NCBI RefSeq assembly: GCF_009914755.1
Contig: NC_060929.1
Reading direction: 5' to 3' (one strand)
DNA length: 64,000 nucleotides
Origin: the human T2T-CHM13v2.0 reference genome, Homo sapiens
The notes beneath the pieces were generated by a model that ran no database searches, was not told the DNA's origin, and saw nothing but the letters and a program-made list of their open reading frames with translations. A program made the position numbers and the translations under genes. Of the stretch, positions 14,420 to 31,394 are shown piece after piece; position 1 is the first letter of the stretch, and every line of letters starts with the position of its first letter.

Positions 14420-17990
<3,571 letters not shown>

Positions 17991-19399
17991 ATATATATCA
18001 TATATAATATACATATACATTTTATATTCATACACTAACAGATTAATTATATATAAATACCTGTAAATATTTATATACACTTATATATAAATATCTAGAA
18101 ATACCTTACCCAAAATACCTAATAATTATGCCAGAATAAAAGATCTTAGTAATAGGATTAGGAGAGAGATTTTTCATTTGCCTTTTAGGTAATAGGGTGT
18201 GAGGGGAACATTTCATTGTTCCCATTTTTACTTGTTGTGAAGGTCAAATAATTTGGATACAAACATTCCAGAGGAAAAAAACTGAGGTGGAACTCATTTC
18301 ACTGAATTGATTATTCCATTAATGTGCCACGTGTTTAAGTTAAAAAATTGGATTGGAATGAAAAACTGCTTAGTTAATAATATTATTTTACTGAGGCAGT
18401 GATATTGTATCTCTTCAAATTCTGTTTCAGAAGAAAAACAGATATAGATGTAGTGCCATCTAAGTCAATCAAAAAATATCTGAAGCTAGGAGCTATCTAC
18501 ACCACGAAATTCTGGCCAATAAATATCTGCATTAAGCAGCTTTATTGAAACAAAAACTGTTTTTTCTAGCCACTCTAATGTCACTCTCATCATCATGTTT
18601 GTTTCAGTAGGTTCTAACAAACTATATGTGTTAAGCCCAACCTATTTATGCAATCTGAGCTTCCCACAGGATTCACACTCTCTGCTATCTCATATCCAAC
18701 CTACCCTATTTATTAAGTCATCAGCATGGATTTTGTAGGCAGTTGAATTTTAAGAATACCTGTTCCAAAGCATTAAGGATAAGAGAGGGATCTCGAAGGA
18801 AGTCAATCAGTGTGATGGCTTATAACTCAGTTAATCTTTACATTAATCAAGTTTAAGCCTGAAAACAAGTACTTTAAGCAACTTTATTAAATTAGACTAA
18901 AATTACATTTCCTTATGTGTGAACCAATATGTAATTTCTTAGATAGTTTTGAAAATACTTTCTAAACCTAACATTAGAGATTGAAATAGTAATCAGAAAT
19001 AATTATTTAACTATGCAAAACACAGGCACTGGATACCATATGTATAATACAAAGACAAAGAAGCTGTAAACATGTTTTCAGCAAATAACATAATCTTATG
19101 TTTGGTACCTTTAATATGGACAGTTGTCATATAATTAGATAAGAGGAATATTAAATTCCAGTTCCAGAGGGGAAATATACATGCTTAAAAATCAGAAAAT
19201 GTATAATTAAAAGACTCACTAAAATAACAGAAAAAATGTCAACCATTCCCATACAAATTAACTGAGATTATAACCTGGCAATACTTACTACTGGTTAAAG
19301 TGGGAGGAGGTGAATGTGAAAATGGTACTCTTTGTCTCAGTCATCAAAAAGTGATGGGCACAAGGTCCTAAGTCATCTGTTCCCATTGCCGATTCTTTT

Positions 19400-19720
19400 T
19401 CTATTTTACATTGTCTCCTTTCACTCTCCTCATTACTCACTTTGCATCAACCTGCTTGACCTCTGTCTCCTTGAACAGGCACAAATACCTGTAGATCTTT
19501 AACTATTCTTCTTTCTTCTGTCTAAATTTATTTGCCCTATGGATTGCTCACCAGATTCATACATGAAGCTCATATTAGAAATAGTTTCCTTAACCATCAA
19601 ATATTAAAACGCTCACCCATATAAAGTCTGTTCCCATATTTGACATATATTTTTATGTATTTGTTGGTTTGCTTTTTGACTGTCTTCCCCACCTTAATAT
19701 TCATGAATATCGATGTGTGC

Positions 19721-19765
<45 letters not shown>

Positions 19766-19830
19766 TTACTGCAGGTTCCAAGAACAATCCGTGGCACAAA
19801 CTGTTTTGTAAATATATGTTGAATGAATCA
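19400..19830 (+). mobile_element. L2 remnant with (TG)n at ~19724-19760
   Basis: Ends gtggcacaaactgttttgtaaatatatgttgaatgaat (L2 3' tail). Confidence 0.6.
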
Positions 19831-20759
19831 ATGCTCCCTCAACTTGGCAATCTGTCCTAAAAAGTGATTAAAATGTAGCCAAATATATATTAAAAAAGAA
19901 TATTCATTGCAATATTTTCAGTCATAATGAATTATTGAAATGACCCAACATCCTATAATGTACAAATTTTTAGTCAACTTTTAACATAGAAACATGAACA
20001 CATATTATACACAGTGAGGTGTTTTAATAATGTTGGAAAATATGCATCATATAATGTTACCTATATTGTACAAAAGTATGACTGCAATTGCAAAAGTAAA
20101 CAAGAAAATAAATGGGGAAGAAATCCGTAAAAATTATGAATAGAATCATGGAGAAATTGATGCCAAGTTTTTCTTTAAACTCTTCTAATTAAAAAATGTT
20201 TAAAAAGTAATTATTACTAAGCAAATACCATTAATGAAAGTAGTCTGAGGATTAAAAAAATGAGTTTTTTTTGTTTTCTTTTTTTGAGAAAATGAAAATG
20301 ATAAAGTCACTTGACAAAATCCCTACAAGCTTCAATTTTCTATACCCTTTTGGAATTATTTTATGACCATAGACTTTATTTTTTACGCCAAATGCACAAC
20401 ACATAAATTTGTTCTTTTAGTTATGAGAGAAACAAAGCTCTAAACTGTGGATGGAAGAGCCTAATTCTAGCACCCCCAGTAGAAATAAGAACACTGTCAT
20501 GCCAAACTTTATCGAGTAATTAAATAGAAGTCTTAGGATCTTTAAATCACTGTATCTCCATGTGTTTGCAGTAGACGTCTAATTCATAAGATGACTTACT
20601 AGAAACATTTTCAAAACATCATATACCAAATACTGTTTATGTCTCATGTATGTATGTGCATGTCTCACGTATGAGTGTGCATGTATGTCTCATGTATGCG
20701 TGTACACATACACACACAATTACATATCTGAAGTTAAGAAAGTTCTTCCACTTCATTTA

Positions 20760-21348
20760 AAATGGTGTAACCACTATGGAAAACAGTATGGAGTCCGCTC
20801 AAAAAGTTAAAAATAGAACTACCATATAATCCGACAATCTCATTTCTGGGTGTACATAAAAAAATTGAAATCAGAATTTCAAAGAGACATGTTCACTCTC
20901 ATGTTTGTTGCAGCATTATTCATAGCCAATATATGGAAACAAATCCAATGTGCGTTGACAGATTAATGGGTAAAGAAGATGTATATAAATACATTTACAT
21001 AAATGCAGAGAAATACATGGACTATTATTCAGCCTTTAATAATAGGAAATCCTACCATGTACTACAATATGGACAGACCTGAAAAACTAATGTGTTACAT
21101 ATACTAAGTTAGTAACAGATAAATACTGCATGATTCCACTTATATGAGGTATTAAAAATAATGAAGTAGGAAATAGAATGATGTATGCCAGGATCTGGGG
21201 AGAGGGGGAAATAGGGAATTGTTGTTCAGTGGGTATAAAGTTACCATTATACAGGATGGAGAAGTTCTAGAGAGAGGCTGTACAACATAGTGCCTACAGT
21301 TAATATGGTATTGTGCGTGTAAACATTTTTGAAGAGAGTAGATCTCTA
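20760..21348 (+). mobile_element. L1MA/L1MB 3' end
   Basis: ccactatggaaaacagtatggag...aaatactgcatgattccacttatatgaggta...gagagtagatct. Confidence 0.85.
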
Positions 21349-21546
21349 AATTAAGCCATCCTTGCATTGCTATAAAGAGATACCTGAGACTAGGTAATTT
21401 ATAAGAAAAGAGGTTTAATTAGATGACAGTTCTGCAGGCTGTACAGGAAGTAGAATGCTTGCATATGCTTCTCAGGGAGGCTCTGGGAGTTTTTACGCAA
21501 GGCAGAAGGTGAAGCAGGAACTTGTGCACCACATGGCAAAAGCGGG

Positions 21547-21580
<34 letters not shown>

Positions 21581-22532
21581 TGGTGGAGAGAGGGATCACA
21601 TACTTTTAAATGATCAGATCTTGTGAGAACCCAGATAACTCACTTATCACCAAGAAGATGGCCCAAGCCATCTGCCCCCGTGATTCAAAACCTTCCACCA
21701 GGCTCCACCTCCGACATGGGGGATTACAATTCAACATGAGATTTGGGCAGGGATAAATACCTAAACTACATCATTCTGCTCCTGGCCCCTCCCAAATCTC
21801 CTGTCTTTCTCACATTGCAAAATACAATTATGCCTTCCCAATAGTTTCCCAAATTCCAACTAATTCCAACATTAACTCAGAAGTTCAAAGGCTCATCTGG
21901 GAAAAGGCAAGTCCCTTCCACCTAGGAACCTGTAAAAAGAAAACCAAGTTATTTACTTCCAAGATGCAATGGGGATACAACATTGGATAAATATTCTCAT
22001 TCCAAAAAAAAGAAATCAGCCAAACAAAAGGTACTACAGGTCCCATGCAAGTTCAAAACCCAACAGGCAGTCATTAAATCTTAAAGCTCCAAAATAATTT
22101 CCTTTGGCTCCATGTCCCACATCCAGTGTACACTGTCACTAGGGGTGGACTCCCAAGGCTATGGCAGCTCCACCCTTGCGTCTTTGCAGGGTTCAGCATC
22201 AATGGCTGCTCTCACAGGTTGTTGAATGCTTACAGCTTGTCCAGGTGCAAGGTGCAAGCTGCCAGTGAATCTATCAGGAGGCCAGTGGCCTCCTTCTCAC
22301 AGCTCCACTAGGCAAAACCATGTTGGGGCTCTTCATGGGGACTCCAATTCCACATTTTTCCTCTTCACTGCCCTAGTAGAGGTTCTCTGTTAGGGTTCTG
22401 CCCTTGCCGCAGGCTTCTGCCTGAGCACCCAGACTTTCCTCTACATCCTCTGAAATTCAGGCAGAGGGCCTCCCAAGCCTCATTCACTTTTGCATTTTGT
22501 ATGCCTACGAGCTTAACACCACATGGAAGCCA
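21349..22532 (-). mobile_element. MaLR MST-type LTR (21349-21772) plus truncated MST internal sequence
   Basis: tgctataaagagatacctgagactaggtaatttataagaaaagaggtttaat...; internal part starts ttctgctcctggcccctcccaaatctc. Confidence 0.9.
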
Positions 22533-22644
22533 CCTCCTTTTTTTTAAAGGAGGAAACTCACATTTACCGAGGCAATCAGTGAGCAGTGTACTACAGCTTT
22601 TCCTTCCTGTATATTTTCCATAAAAACTATTTTAATTGCTATTT

Positions 22645-23013
22645 AATATGGTTTGGATTTGTGGCCATGCCCAAATCTCATGTTGAATTCTAATACCCAT
22701 AGTTGGAGGAGGGGCCTGATGGGAGGTGTTTGGATCACGGGGAGTGAACATCCCCCTTGCTGTTGCTGTGATAGTGAGTGACTTGAGATCTCGTTGCTTA
22801 AAAGTGTGTAGCATCTCCTGCTTCTCCCTCTTCCTCTTGCTCCAGCCCTGTAAGAGGTACCACTTTCCTCTTTGCCTTCTGCCATGATTGTAAGTTTCCT
22901 AAGATCTCCCCGGCCATGCTTCTTGTGGAGCCATGAGCCAATTAATCCTCTTCTCTTTATAAATGACCCAGTCTCAGGTAATTAATTATAGCAATGTGAG
23001 AAGGGACTAATAC
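22645..23013 (+). mobile_element. MSTA-like solo LTR inserted in a minus-strand L1 3' tail (~22620-23130)
   Basis: atatggtttggatttgtggccatgcccaaatctcatgttg...ggactaatac. Confidence 0.9.
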
Positions 23014-23531
23014 GTTATTATTTTTGACAGATAAAATTTGCATATATGAATGGAGTACAATGTGATGTTTTGATATATGTAAACAATGGAATAATTAAAT
23101 CAAATTAATTAACATATCTATCACCTCACTTTAAAACAGACAAGAGAATAATTACTATTACCTGGAATTTTATGATTTTTAAAACTGTTAATTGTTTGTG
23201 TAAAGATCTTGGTGCAGTGTCCAAAAGTAGCATTATATATGTTTTCTTCTTAATGTTTATGTTTAACTCAGTCTTTTTACTAAATTGCTTATTCTTTCAG
23301 GTTTTTCCTAACTTCTCTTCATCATGGCTAATCATGGCTAATATATAAATTATGATGGTGTTTACTTGTTCTTGGCGTGATGGGGCTCTGGGGTCTATGT
23401 TGGTCCTTGCATGTGCACTTCCTCTCATCCTCTGACTTATGGTCAATTGGTCACCTGTGGGCTCACTCATGCAGTTGGTGGCCTCTTGGTACCATATGTA
23501 TCTCTGAAGCACATCTGCTGTGTGACAGTAG

Positions 23532-23932
<401 letters not shown>

Positions 23933-26900
23933 TAAAATTTATTTTGAATTTGCTATTCCTTTTACCCACACAATTCAGGAAATACTTGACCACATTTGTG
24001 GAGCTCTGGAGCAGGGAGATTGGAACACACATTTCTACCAGTCTTCCTTTACATCCCATAATGTAGTGGTTCAGAAGAGGTTTTTTTCCTTACTTTCTAC
24101 TCTGTGGCCTCTCCACTTTATCTAAAGCTTAATGGTTGGGATGTGACAGGGTGTGAAGAGAGAGAAGCTGTCCTACTAACAAATATTACACAATAAGAAA
24201 TAATGATGGACACAATATATCTATTGTTCTTATGTTCATATCATATAAAGCCACTGCTCACTCCTCCTTTACCCTGCCCAGCTGAAGCTGATATGTATCA
24301 GCCCTTTTCCACGTCTTAATGAAATTCTCTATTCACACCATGCCTCAGTTTATCCTCCTAACATTGAAAATTTTATGTATAAGTTATATTATGGAAAATA
24401 GAACGTCCATTCAAATGTCAGTTATCAATGTTTAAATCAAATGTCTCCCATTTTCAATGAAGATTTTTGTATCTACCTTTTGAAAATAAGGATGTACTTA
24501 AAATTCTGGTCAAACAGCAAAATTCACATTTCTGGCTCTGTATTAAATTGCATGTCTCATTAGGCAGTAACTTCCTTGACAGTACTTTTTACCTTAAGTC
24601 CTGCATTTTCAGTTCCTTACATAGTCACAGATGCATAGCACATATTTTTAAAATGCCAAATGAATGTTTGTTTAATGAATTGATAGTAGCTAATTCATAT
24701 TCTTGAATTTAGTAAAAACCTTTTTTCCACAGCAAATAATTGTTGGATGAATAAATTTTGTTAATACATTTAGAGGAATTGTCATTGTGTTCAAAAAATA
24801 ACCATGGAGAGTGAAAAGGCAGCCACTAGAATTGTTTGGCATTTGTCCCCTGATAAAAAGGGACCAAATCAACAAGTAAACAACTATAATTTGACTGGAG
24901 TGACTGAAGATGTATGCTGGAGAGGACCAGGAAAACACAAAAGTTTGTGGAGGTTGTAAGCCCAGAATAGCACTATACAGAAGGGGGCAAGCCATCCTGC
25001 CTCTGCCACATCGTTTTCCCCAACAGGATCAGCTCAGAGTCAGGGGAGTCATCTTACAGGATAAAGGTGAGCTGGCGGCCCTGTGAGATCCCCATCACCC
25101 CGTAGATGTCAGCAGTTTTTGCTACAGAGGATCCCCTAGTTCTCACAGGTCTTGAATTCAACATGGACAGTTCCTGGGAGTTTGCCAGTTGTTTTGCCTG
25201 AGAGCAGTAACTCCCTTGACACACCCACCTCACCCCTCCAACATAAGCTGCTATGGCCCAGTGCCAACTGCAGTAGATTTTGCCCTGGGAGCCAGTACCC
25301 ACTGATGCCCTCTATCTCTGAGACCCCACTGTCAGCCCAATACATTCATGCAGGTGCCCGCAGCACCAACACCCTGGCTGCCTAGAGCCTAGACATGAAA
25401 CGAGGACCAAAATCCCAAATCTGAATCCATGAAGAACCTGATTTACCAGGAAAATAGGTGGGTCTGCACAATGGAGAAGGCTTGTGTGACCTCCCGCTCA
25501 GCATGTGCCAGCCACTTGAAGGACAGCAAACCCAGAGGTGGCCACCATACCCTCTTTACCCACCTGGTATGCATACTCACACTCAATCCAACATCCAGCC
25601 TGACAGCAGCACCTTCTTGGAGAGCCTGCCACACAAGCTGCTGGCTTGCTGCATCCACATGCACCTGGCCTGAAAAACAACCTGGTGCCCCTTCCCCTAG
25701 AAAATCTACACCATTGCCGTCATAAACTTCCACAGCTTATGCCACCAAAACAATTGCAGACATTGCAGATCTGGATTACAGCTAAAGCATCTGTATGGAA
25801 ACCACGTTACCTCATCTACCTAGAATCAAAGCCAATACAACATTCCCAACAATTAACCAAATGGCAGAAGTAGATATTCACATATAAATAACTTTGTAAA
25901 TGCATTAAATTCTCCAATTAAAGGATACAAATTCACTGCAGAGATTTAAAAAATAAGACTCAACCAAATTCTGTCTACAGGAGACATAATCCATTGTTAA
26001 AAAAAATGTAGAGTGAAAATGAAAGGATGAAAAATATATTCCATACAGATGGAAACCACAAGAAAGCAGGAGTAGCCATACTTTGATAAAATATACTAAA
26101 ATTCAAACAGAATAAAAAGAGAGAAAATTGTAAAAATATATGCATCCAGCCCTGGAAGACTCAAATAGATAAAGCAAATATTTGATATAAAGGAAGAGAA
26201 AAATTGCAATCAACACTCCTCTTTCAACAATGGTCAGATCACCTATACAGAAAATCAACAAAAAACCCACTGAATTTGAACTAAACCTTAGACCAGAAGG
26301 ACCTAGCAGACATTTAGAGAACAATCCATCCAACAGGAGCAGAATACACATTCTTCCTGACTACACATGGAACATTCTCCAGGATACATCATATGTTAGG
26401 CCACAACATAAGTCTTAAGAAATTTAACAAAACAGAGATCATATTAAGTGTCTTTTCAGACCACAGTGGTATATAACTAGAAATCAACAATAAGAGAACT
26501 TTGGAAAGCTTACGAATACAAGGAAAAGAAAAATATTCTTAAATAAACAATGAATCAATGAAAAGTTAAAAGGGAAATTTAAAAAACTTTTGAGACAAAA
26601 GAAAATGGAAACATACCATACCAAATCCTATGGGACACAGCAAAAGCATTTCTAAGAAAGAAGTTTATAATAATATATGCCTACATCAATAAAGAAAAAG
26701 CTATCTCATAAATAACCTAATCATGTACCTCAAGGAACAAACTGAACCCCAAATTCTTAGAAAAGGGGAAATAATGCAGCTCATAGAAGAAATGAGTAAT
26801 GTAAATACTAAAACAATTCAAAAGATCAATAAAACAAAGGGTTGGTCTTTTGGAAAGATAAAATTAACAAACCTTTAGCCAGGCTAAGTGAAAATAAAAA

Positions 26901-27244
26901 GTCCCACACAAATAAAATCAGAGAAGTAAAAGGAATTATTAAACTGATATCACAGAAATACAAATGATCATGAGACTATTTTAAACAACTCTATATCAAC
27001 AAATTTGAGAACACAGAAAAAACAGATAAATTCTGGACACATACAACCTATCAAGATTAAATTATGAAGAAACAAAATCTGACCAGAGTAATATAACAAG
27101 TGAGAAAATTGAATTAGTAATAAAAAGTATTCTTGGCTGACTCTCTTTTCGGACTCAGCCCGCCTGCACCCAGGTGAAATAAACAGCCATGTTGCTCACA
27201 CAAAGCCTGTTTGGTGGTCTCTTCACAGGGACACGCATGAAATT

Positions 27245-27262
27245 TGGTGCCGTGACTCGGAT
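27245..27262 (+). other. Primer binding site complementary to tRNA-His 3' end
   Basis: tggtgccgtgactcggat just after U5. Confidence 0.95.
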
Positions 27263-27672
27263 CGGGGGACCTCCCTTGGGAGATCAATCCCCCGTCCTCC
27301 TGCTCTTTGCTCCATGAGAAAGATCCACCTACGACCTCAGGTCCTCAGACCGACCAGCCCAAGAAACATCTCACCAATTTCAAATCCGGTAAGTGGCCTC
27401 TACTCTTCTCCAACCTCCCTCACTATCCCTCAACCTCTTTCTCCTTTCAATCTTGGCGCCACACTTCAATCTCTCCCTTCTCTTAATTTCAATTCCTTTC
27501 ATTTTCTGGTAGAGACAAAAGAGACATGTTTTATCCGTGAACCCAAAACTCTGGCGCCGGTCACGGACTGGGAAGGCAGCCTTCCCTTGGTGTTTAATCA
27601 TTGCAGGGACGCCTCTCTGATTATATACTCACGTTTCAAGGGTGTCAGACCACGCAGGGACGCCTGCCTTGG

Positions 27673-27850
27673 TCCTTCACCCTTAGCGGCAAGTCCTACT
27701 TTCCTGGGGTAGGGGCAAGTACCCCTCAACCCCTTCTCCTTCACCCTCAGCGGCAAGTCCCGCTTTCCTGGGGTAGGGGCAAGTACCCCTCAACCCCTTC
27801 TCCTTCATCCTTAGCAGCAAGTCCCGCTTTCCTAGGGGGCAAGAACCCCC
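27673..27850 (+). repeat. 64-bp tandem repeat in HERV-H leader (about 2.8 copies)
   Basis: tccttcaccct(t/c)agcggcaagtcc...ggggcaagtacccctcaaccccttc starting at 27673, 27737 and 27801. Confidence 0.9.
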
Positions 27851-28867
27851 CAATCACTTATTTCCACACCCCAACCTCTTATCTCTGTGCCCCAATCCCT
27901 TATTTCCGCACCCTGACCTCTTATTTCCATGCCCCAACCCCTTCTCTGCTTTTCTGGAGGGCAAGAACCCCCCACCCCTTCTCTGTGTCACTACTCTTTT
28001 CTCTGGGCTTGCCTCCTTCACTATGGGTAAGCTTCCACCTTCCATTCCTCCTTCTTCTCCCTTAGCCTGTGTTCTCAAAAACTTAAAACCTCTTCAACTC
28101 ACACCTGACCTAAAACCTAAATTCCTTACTTTCTTCTGCAATGCCGCTTGACTCCAATACAAGCTTGACAGTAGTTCCAAATAGCCAGAAAACGGCACTT
28201 TCAATTTTTCCATCCTACAAGATCTAAATAATTCTTGTCGTAAAATGGGCAAATGGTCTGAGGTACCTGAAGTCCAGGCATTCCTTTACACATCAGTCCC
28301 TTCCTAGTCTCTGTGCCCAGTGCAACTCGTCCCAAATCTTTCTTCTTTCCCTCCCGCCTGTCCCCTCAGTCCCAACCCCAAGTGTCGCTGAGTCTTTCTG
28401 ATCTTCCTTTTCTACAGACCCATCTGACCTCTCCCCTCCTCGCCAGCCCAAGCTAGGTCCCAATTCTTCCTCAGCCTCTGCTCCTGCACCCTGTAATCTT
28501 TTTATCGCCTCCCCTCCTCACACCTGGTCGGGCTTACAGTTTCGTTCCGTGACTAGCCCTCCCCCACCTGCCCAGCAATTTACTCTTAAAAAGGTGGCTG
28601 GAGCCAAAGGCATAGTCAAGGTTAATGCTCCTTTTTCTTTATCCCAAATCAGATAGCGTTTAGGCTCTTTTTCATCAAATATAACCCTGAGACGCTTCAC
28701 AGCCCTAGGCCCTAAAAGGTCAAAAGGCAATATTATTCTCAATATACATTTTATTACCCAATCTGCTCCCGACATTAAATAAAACTCCAAAAATTAAATT
28801 CCGGCCCTCAAACCCCACAACAGAATTTAATTAACCTCACCTTCAAGGTGTACAATAATAGAAAAAG

Positions 28868-29173
28868 TTGCAATTCCTTGCCTCCACTGTGAGACAAACC
28901 CCAGCCACATCTCCAGCACACAAGAACTTCCAAACGCCTGAACCGCAGCGGCCAGGCGTTCCTCCAGAACCTCCTTCCCCAGGAGCTTGCTACAAGTGCC
29001 AGAAATCTGACCACCAGGCCAAGGAATGCATGCAGCCCAGGATTCCTCCTAAGCCGTGTCCCATCTGTGCGGGACCCCACTGGAAATTGGACTGTTCAAC
29101 TCACCTGGCAGCCACTCCCAGAGCCCCTGGAACTCTGGCCCAAGGCTCTCTGACTGACTCCTTCTCGGCTTAG
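28868..29173 (+). pseudogene. gag: HERV-H gag C-terminal remnant (nucleocapsid)
   Basis: Two CCHC zinc knuckles CYKCQKSDHQAKEC and CPICAGPHWKLDC; upstream gag is disrupted. Confidence 0.9.
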
Positions 29174-29229
29174 CGGCTGAAGACTGATGCTGCCCGATCG
29201 CCTCGGAAGCCCCGTAGACCATCACGGAC

Positions 29230-30360
29230 GCCGAGCTTCCGGTAACTCTCACAGTGGAAGGTAAGCCCGTCCCCTTCTTAATCAATACGGAGGCTACCCG
29301 CTCCACATTACCTTCTTTCCAAGGGCCTGTTTCCCTTGCCTCCATAACTGTGGGTATTGACAGCCAGGCTTCTAAACCTCTTAAAACTCCCCACTCTGGT
29401 GCCAACTTGGACAACACTCTTTTATGCACTCTTTTTTAGTTATTCCCACCTGCCCAGTTTCCTTATTAGGCCGAGATATTTTAACCAAATTATCTGCTTC
29501 CCTGACTATTCCTGGACTACAGCCGCATCTCATTGCCGACCTTCTCCCCAACTCAAAGCCTCCTTTGCGTCTTCTTCTTATATCCCCCCACCTTAACCCA
29601 CAAGTATGGGACATCTCTACTCCTTCCGTCACCCTTACCCCGCTCAACGCCAATATCCCATCCCACAGCATGCTTTAAAAGTATTAAAGCCTGTTATCAC
29701 TCGCCTGCTACAGCATGGGCTTCTAAAACCTATAAACTCTCCTTACAATTCCCCCATTTTACCTGTCCAAAAACCAGATAAGTCTTACAGATTAGTTCAG
29801 GATCTGCGTCTTATCAACCAAATTGTTTTGCCTATCCACCCTGTGGTGCCCAACCCGTACACTCTTTTGTCCTCAATACGTTCCTCCACAACTCACTATT
29901 CTGTTCTCCATCTTAAAGATGCTTTTTTCACTATTCCCCTGCACCCCTCGTCCCAGCCTCTCTTTGCTTTCACTTAGACTGACCCTGACACCCCATTAGG
30001 CTCAGCAAATTACCTGGGCTGTACTGCTGCAAAGCTTCACAGACAGCCCCCATTACTTCAGTCAAGCCCAGATTTCTTCCTCATCTGTTACCTATCTCGG
30101 CGTAATTCTCGTAAAAGCACACGTGCTTTCCCTGCCAATCGTGTCCGACTGATCTCTCAAACCCCAGCACCTTCTACAAAACAACAACTCTTTTCCTTCC
30201 TAGGCATGGTTAGCGTGGTCGGAATTCTTACACAAGAGCCAGGACCACACCCTGTAGCCTTTTTGTCCAAACAACTTGACCTTACTGTTTTAGCCTAGCC
30301 CTCATGTCTGCGTGCAGCAGCTGCTGCTGCTTTAATACTTTTAGAGGCCCTCAAAATCAC
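29230..30360 (+). pseudogene. pol: HERV-H pro/pol remnant (inactive)
   Basis: Protease motif FLINTEAT (catalytic D replaced). RT motifs QYPIP...SPYNSPILPVQKPDKSYRLVQDLR...VLHLKDAFF (D>H). Frameshifts, stops and deletions. Confidence 0.9.
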
Positions 30361-30362
30361 AA

Positions 30363-30743
30363 ACTTTATCAGTCCTCCAGGCCCAAGTTGACTCTTTAGC
30401 TGCAGTTGTCCTCCAAAACCGCCGAGGCCTTGACTTACTTACTGCTGAAAAAGGAGGACTCTGCATATTCTTAAATGAGGAGTGTTGTTTTTACCTAAAT
30501 CAGTCTGGCCTGGTGTATGACAACATAAAAAAACTCAAGGATAGAGCCCAAAAACTTGCCAACCAAGCAAGTAATTACGCTGAACCCCCTTGGGCACTCT
30601 CTAATTGGATGTCCTGGGTCCTCCCAATTCTTAGTCCTTTAATACCCATTTTTCTCCTCCTTTTATTCAGACCTTGTATCTTCCGTTTAGCTTCTCAGTT
30701 CATCCAAAACTGTATCCAGGCCATCACCAATCATTCTATATGA
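30363..30743 (+). pseudogene. env: HERV-H env transmembrane-subunit remnant
   Basis: LQNRRGLDLLTAEKGGLCIFLNEECCFYLNQSG (immunosuppressive domain plus CX6CC) followed by hydrophobic anchor WVLPILSPLIPIFLLLLF. Confidence 0.9.
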
Positions 30744-30967
30744 CAAATGTTTCTTCTAACATCCCCACAATATCATCCCTTACCACAAGACTTCCCTTCA
30801 GCTTAATCTCTCCCACTTTATGTTCCCACGCCGCCCTAATCCCACTTGAAGCAGCCCTGAGAAACATCGCCCATTCTCTCTCCATACCACCCCCCAAAAA
30901 TTTTCGCCGCTCCAACACTTCAACACTATTTTGTTTTATTTGTCTTATTAATATAAGAAGGCAGGAA

Positions 30968-31394
30968 TGTCAGGCCTCTGAGCCCAGGCCAGGCCATCGC
31001 ATCCCCTGAGACTTGCACGTATACATCCAGATGGCCTGAAGTAACTGAAGATCCATAAAAGAAGTAAAAACAGCCTTAACTGATGACATTCCACCATTGT
31101 GATTTGTTCCTGCCCCACCCTAACTGATCAATGTACTTTGTAATATCCCCCACCCTTAAGAAGGTACTTTGTAGTCTCCCCCACCCTTAAGAAGGTTCTT
31201 TGTAATTCTCCCCACCCTTGAGAATGTACTTTGTGAGATCCACCCCTGCCCACCAGAGAACAACCCCCTTTGACTGTAATTTTCCATTACCTTCCCAAAT
31301 CCTATAAAATGGCCCCACCCCATCTCCCTTCGCTGACTCTCTTTTCGGACTCAGTCCGCCTGCACCCAGGTGAAATAAACAGCCATGTTGCTCA

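Noticed and set aside
31131-31240. Regularly spaced 31-bp repeats (and 64-bp repeats at 27673-27850) as a CRISPR-like array
   Set aside because: Head-to-tail repeats without unique spacers, standard HERV-H U3 and leader repeats, eukaryotic context
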